Assembly (NCBI GenBank): GCA_032718475.1
Contig: JAUCBJ010007168.1
Location: 1 to 64,000 of the forward strand
Length of the DNA: 64,000 nucleotides
From: Nemertoderma westbladi
Taxonomy: Eukaryota; Animalia; Xenacoelomorpha
Direction of reading: 5' to 3'
The translations under genes and the position numbers were made by a program. Positions 63,288-64,000 of the stretch are shown piece by piece. Position 1 is the stretch's first letter, and every line of letters starts with the position of its first letter. The notes beneath the pieces were generated by a model. It saw only the letters and a program-made list of their open reading frames with translations. It ran no database searches and was not told where the DNA came from.

Positions 63288-64000
63288 CCCTATTAAACCC
63301 GGGGGGGGGTCAATATGACCCCCCCGTGGTTTTTTTATTATAATTCTGAAACAAACGCAGTTGGGAATCTGAAACTTTCTGACTTTTCCTAAAAATCTAT
63401 TATCTTCCTAGTAGTGAAAACCGTTTTCAAAAATATTGCGTACTTTTTGAGTTATAGCACCATTTTTTAACCCTACTTTTGGCACTTTTTTTGAGACGTT
63501 TTTTGAAAATTACATTTCATTAAATATGAATTGTAACATCTCTATTTTTGATTTACACCGGTTTTTTGGTGTTAGAAATTGGATGGAATTCATATAAATT
63601 GATTTAGAAATTTCAAACTTGTTTTTTTCGGTGGGTGCCAAATTTTGGTGCCAGCACCAAATTTTGAAATATGTCAATTTTGTAAATTGATTATTTGAAA
63701 CTTGTTTTTTACGCAATTGGGGTTTTTTGTGGTTCTGGATTCGATGAAATATATACGAGTTGCACTAAGCGTATCAAACTTGTATTTTTCGGTGCTGTGT
63801 GCAAATTTTGGTGCTAGCACGAAATTTTGAAAATCCATTCAATAGATAAAATTGCTTGTGACAATTTATTTCTTGCGTTTTAGAGGTTTATGGCTGTTCT
63901 GAATTCAATGGAATATATAATTATCGAACTAGACATCTCAAACTTGTATTTTTCGGATGTGGGTGCAAAATGTGGTGCCAGCACCAAATTTTGAAAACCA
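63288..64000. mobile_element. TTAA-inserted (piggyBac-like) non-autonomous element interrupting pol
   Basis: The pol frame is interrupted at TTAA (63284-63287), followed by CCCTATTAAACCCGGGGGGGGGTCAATATGACCCCCC and ~165-bp internal repeats (GGTGCCAGCACCAAATTTTGAAA). Confidence 0.7.

Overview
AT-rich, repeat-dense eukaryotic (invertebrate-like animal) genomic DNA. Host genes are an intronless ACSF2-like acyl-CoA synthetase (-), a UBE2Q/UBE2QL1-like E2 (-), a frameshifted fibrinogen-domain gene with a triplicated coiled-coil exon (+), and the first three exons of cohesin SMC1 (+). The rest is mostly mobile DNA: RTE, CR1/L2, CRE-like and Penelope retroelement relics, tRNA-derived SINEs, hAT/MULE/Helentron-like/TTAA non-autonomous elements, minisatellites, and a non-coding element with Ngaro/PAT-type split direct repeats. 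The most interesting object lies antisense in SMC1 intron 3: a BEL/Pao LTR retrotransposon whose env position holds an intact 1221-aa ORF with a WRN/RNase D-like DEDDy 3'-5' exonuclease domain and three CCHC-type zinc knuckles. This ORF is preceded by a branch point and splice acceptor. The element also carries six copies of a ~21-nt hairpin motif (in pol, the inter-ORF spacer, the extra ORF and the LTR) and a tRNA-like Pol III unit in its putative LTR, and it appears to be inserted next to the polypurine tract of a second LTR. All calls were made by eye; no database searches were run.
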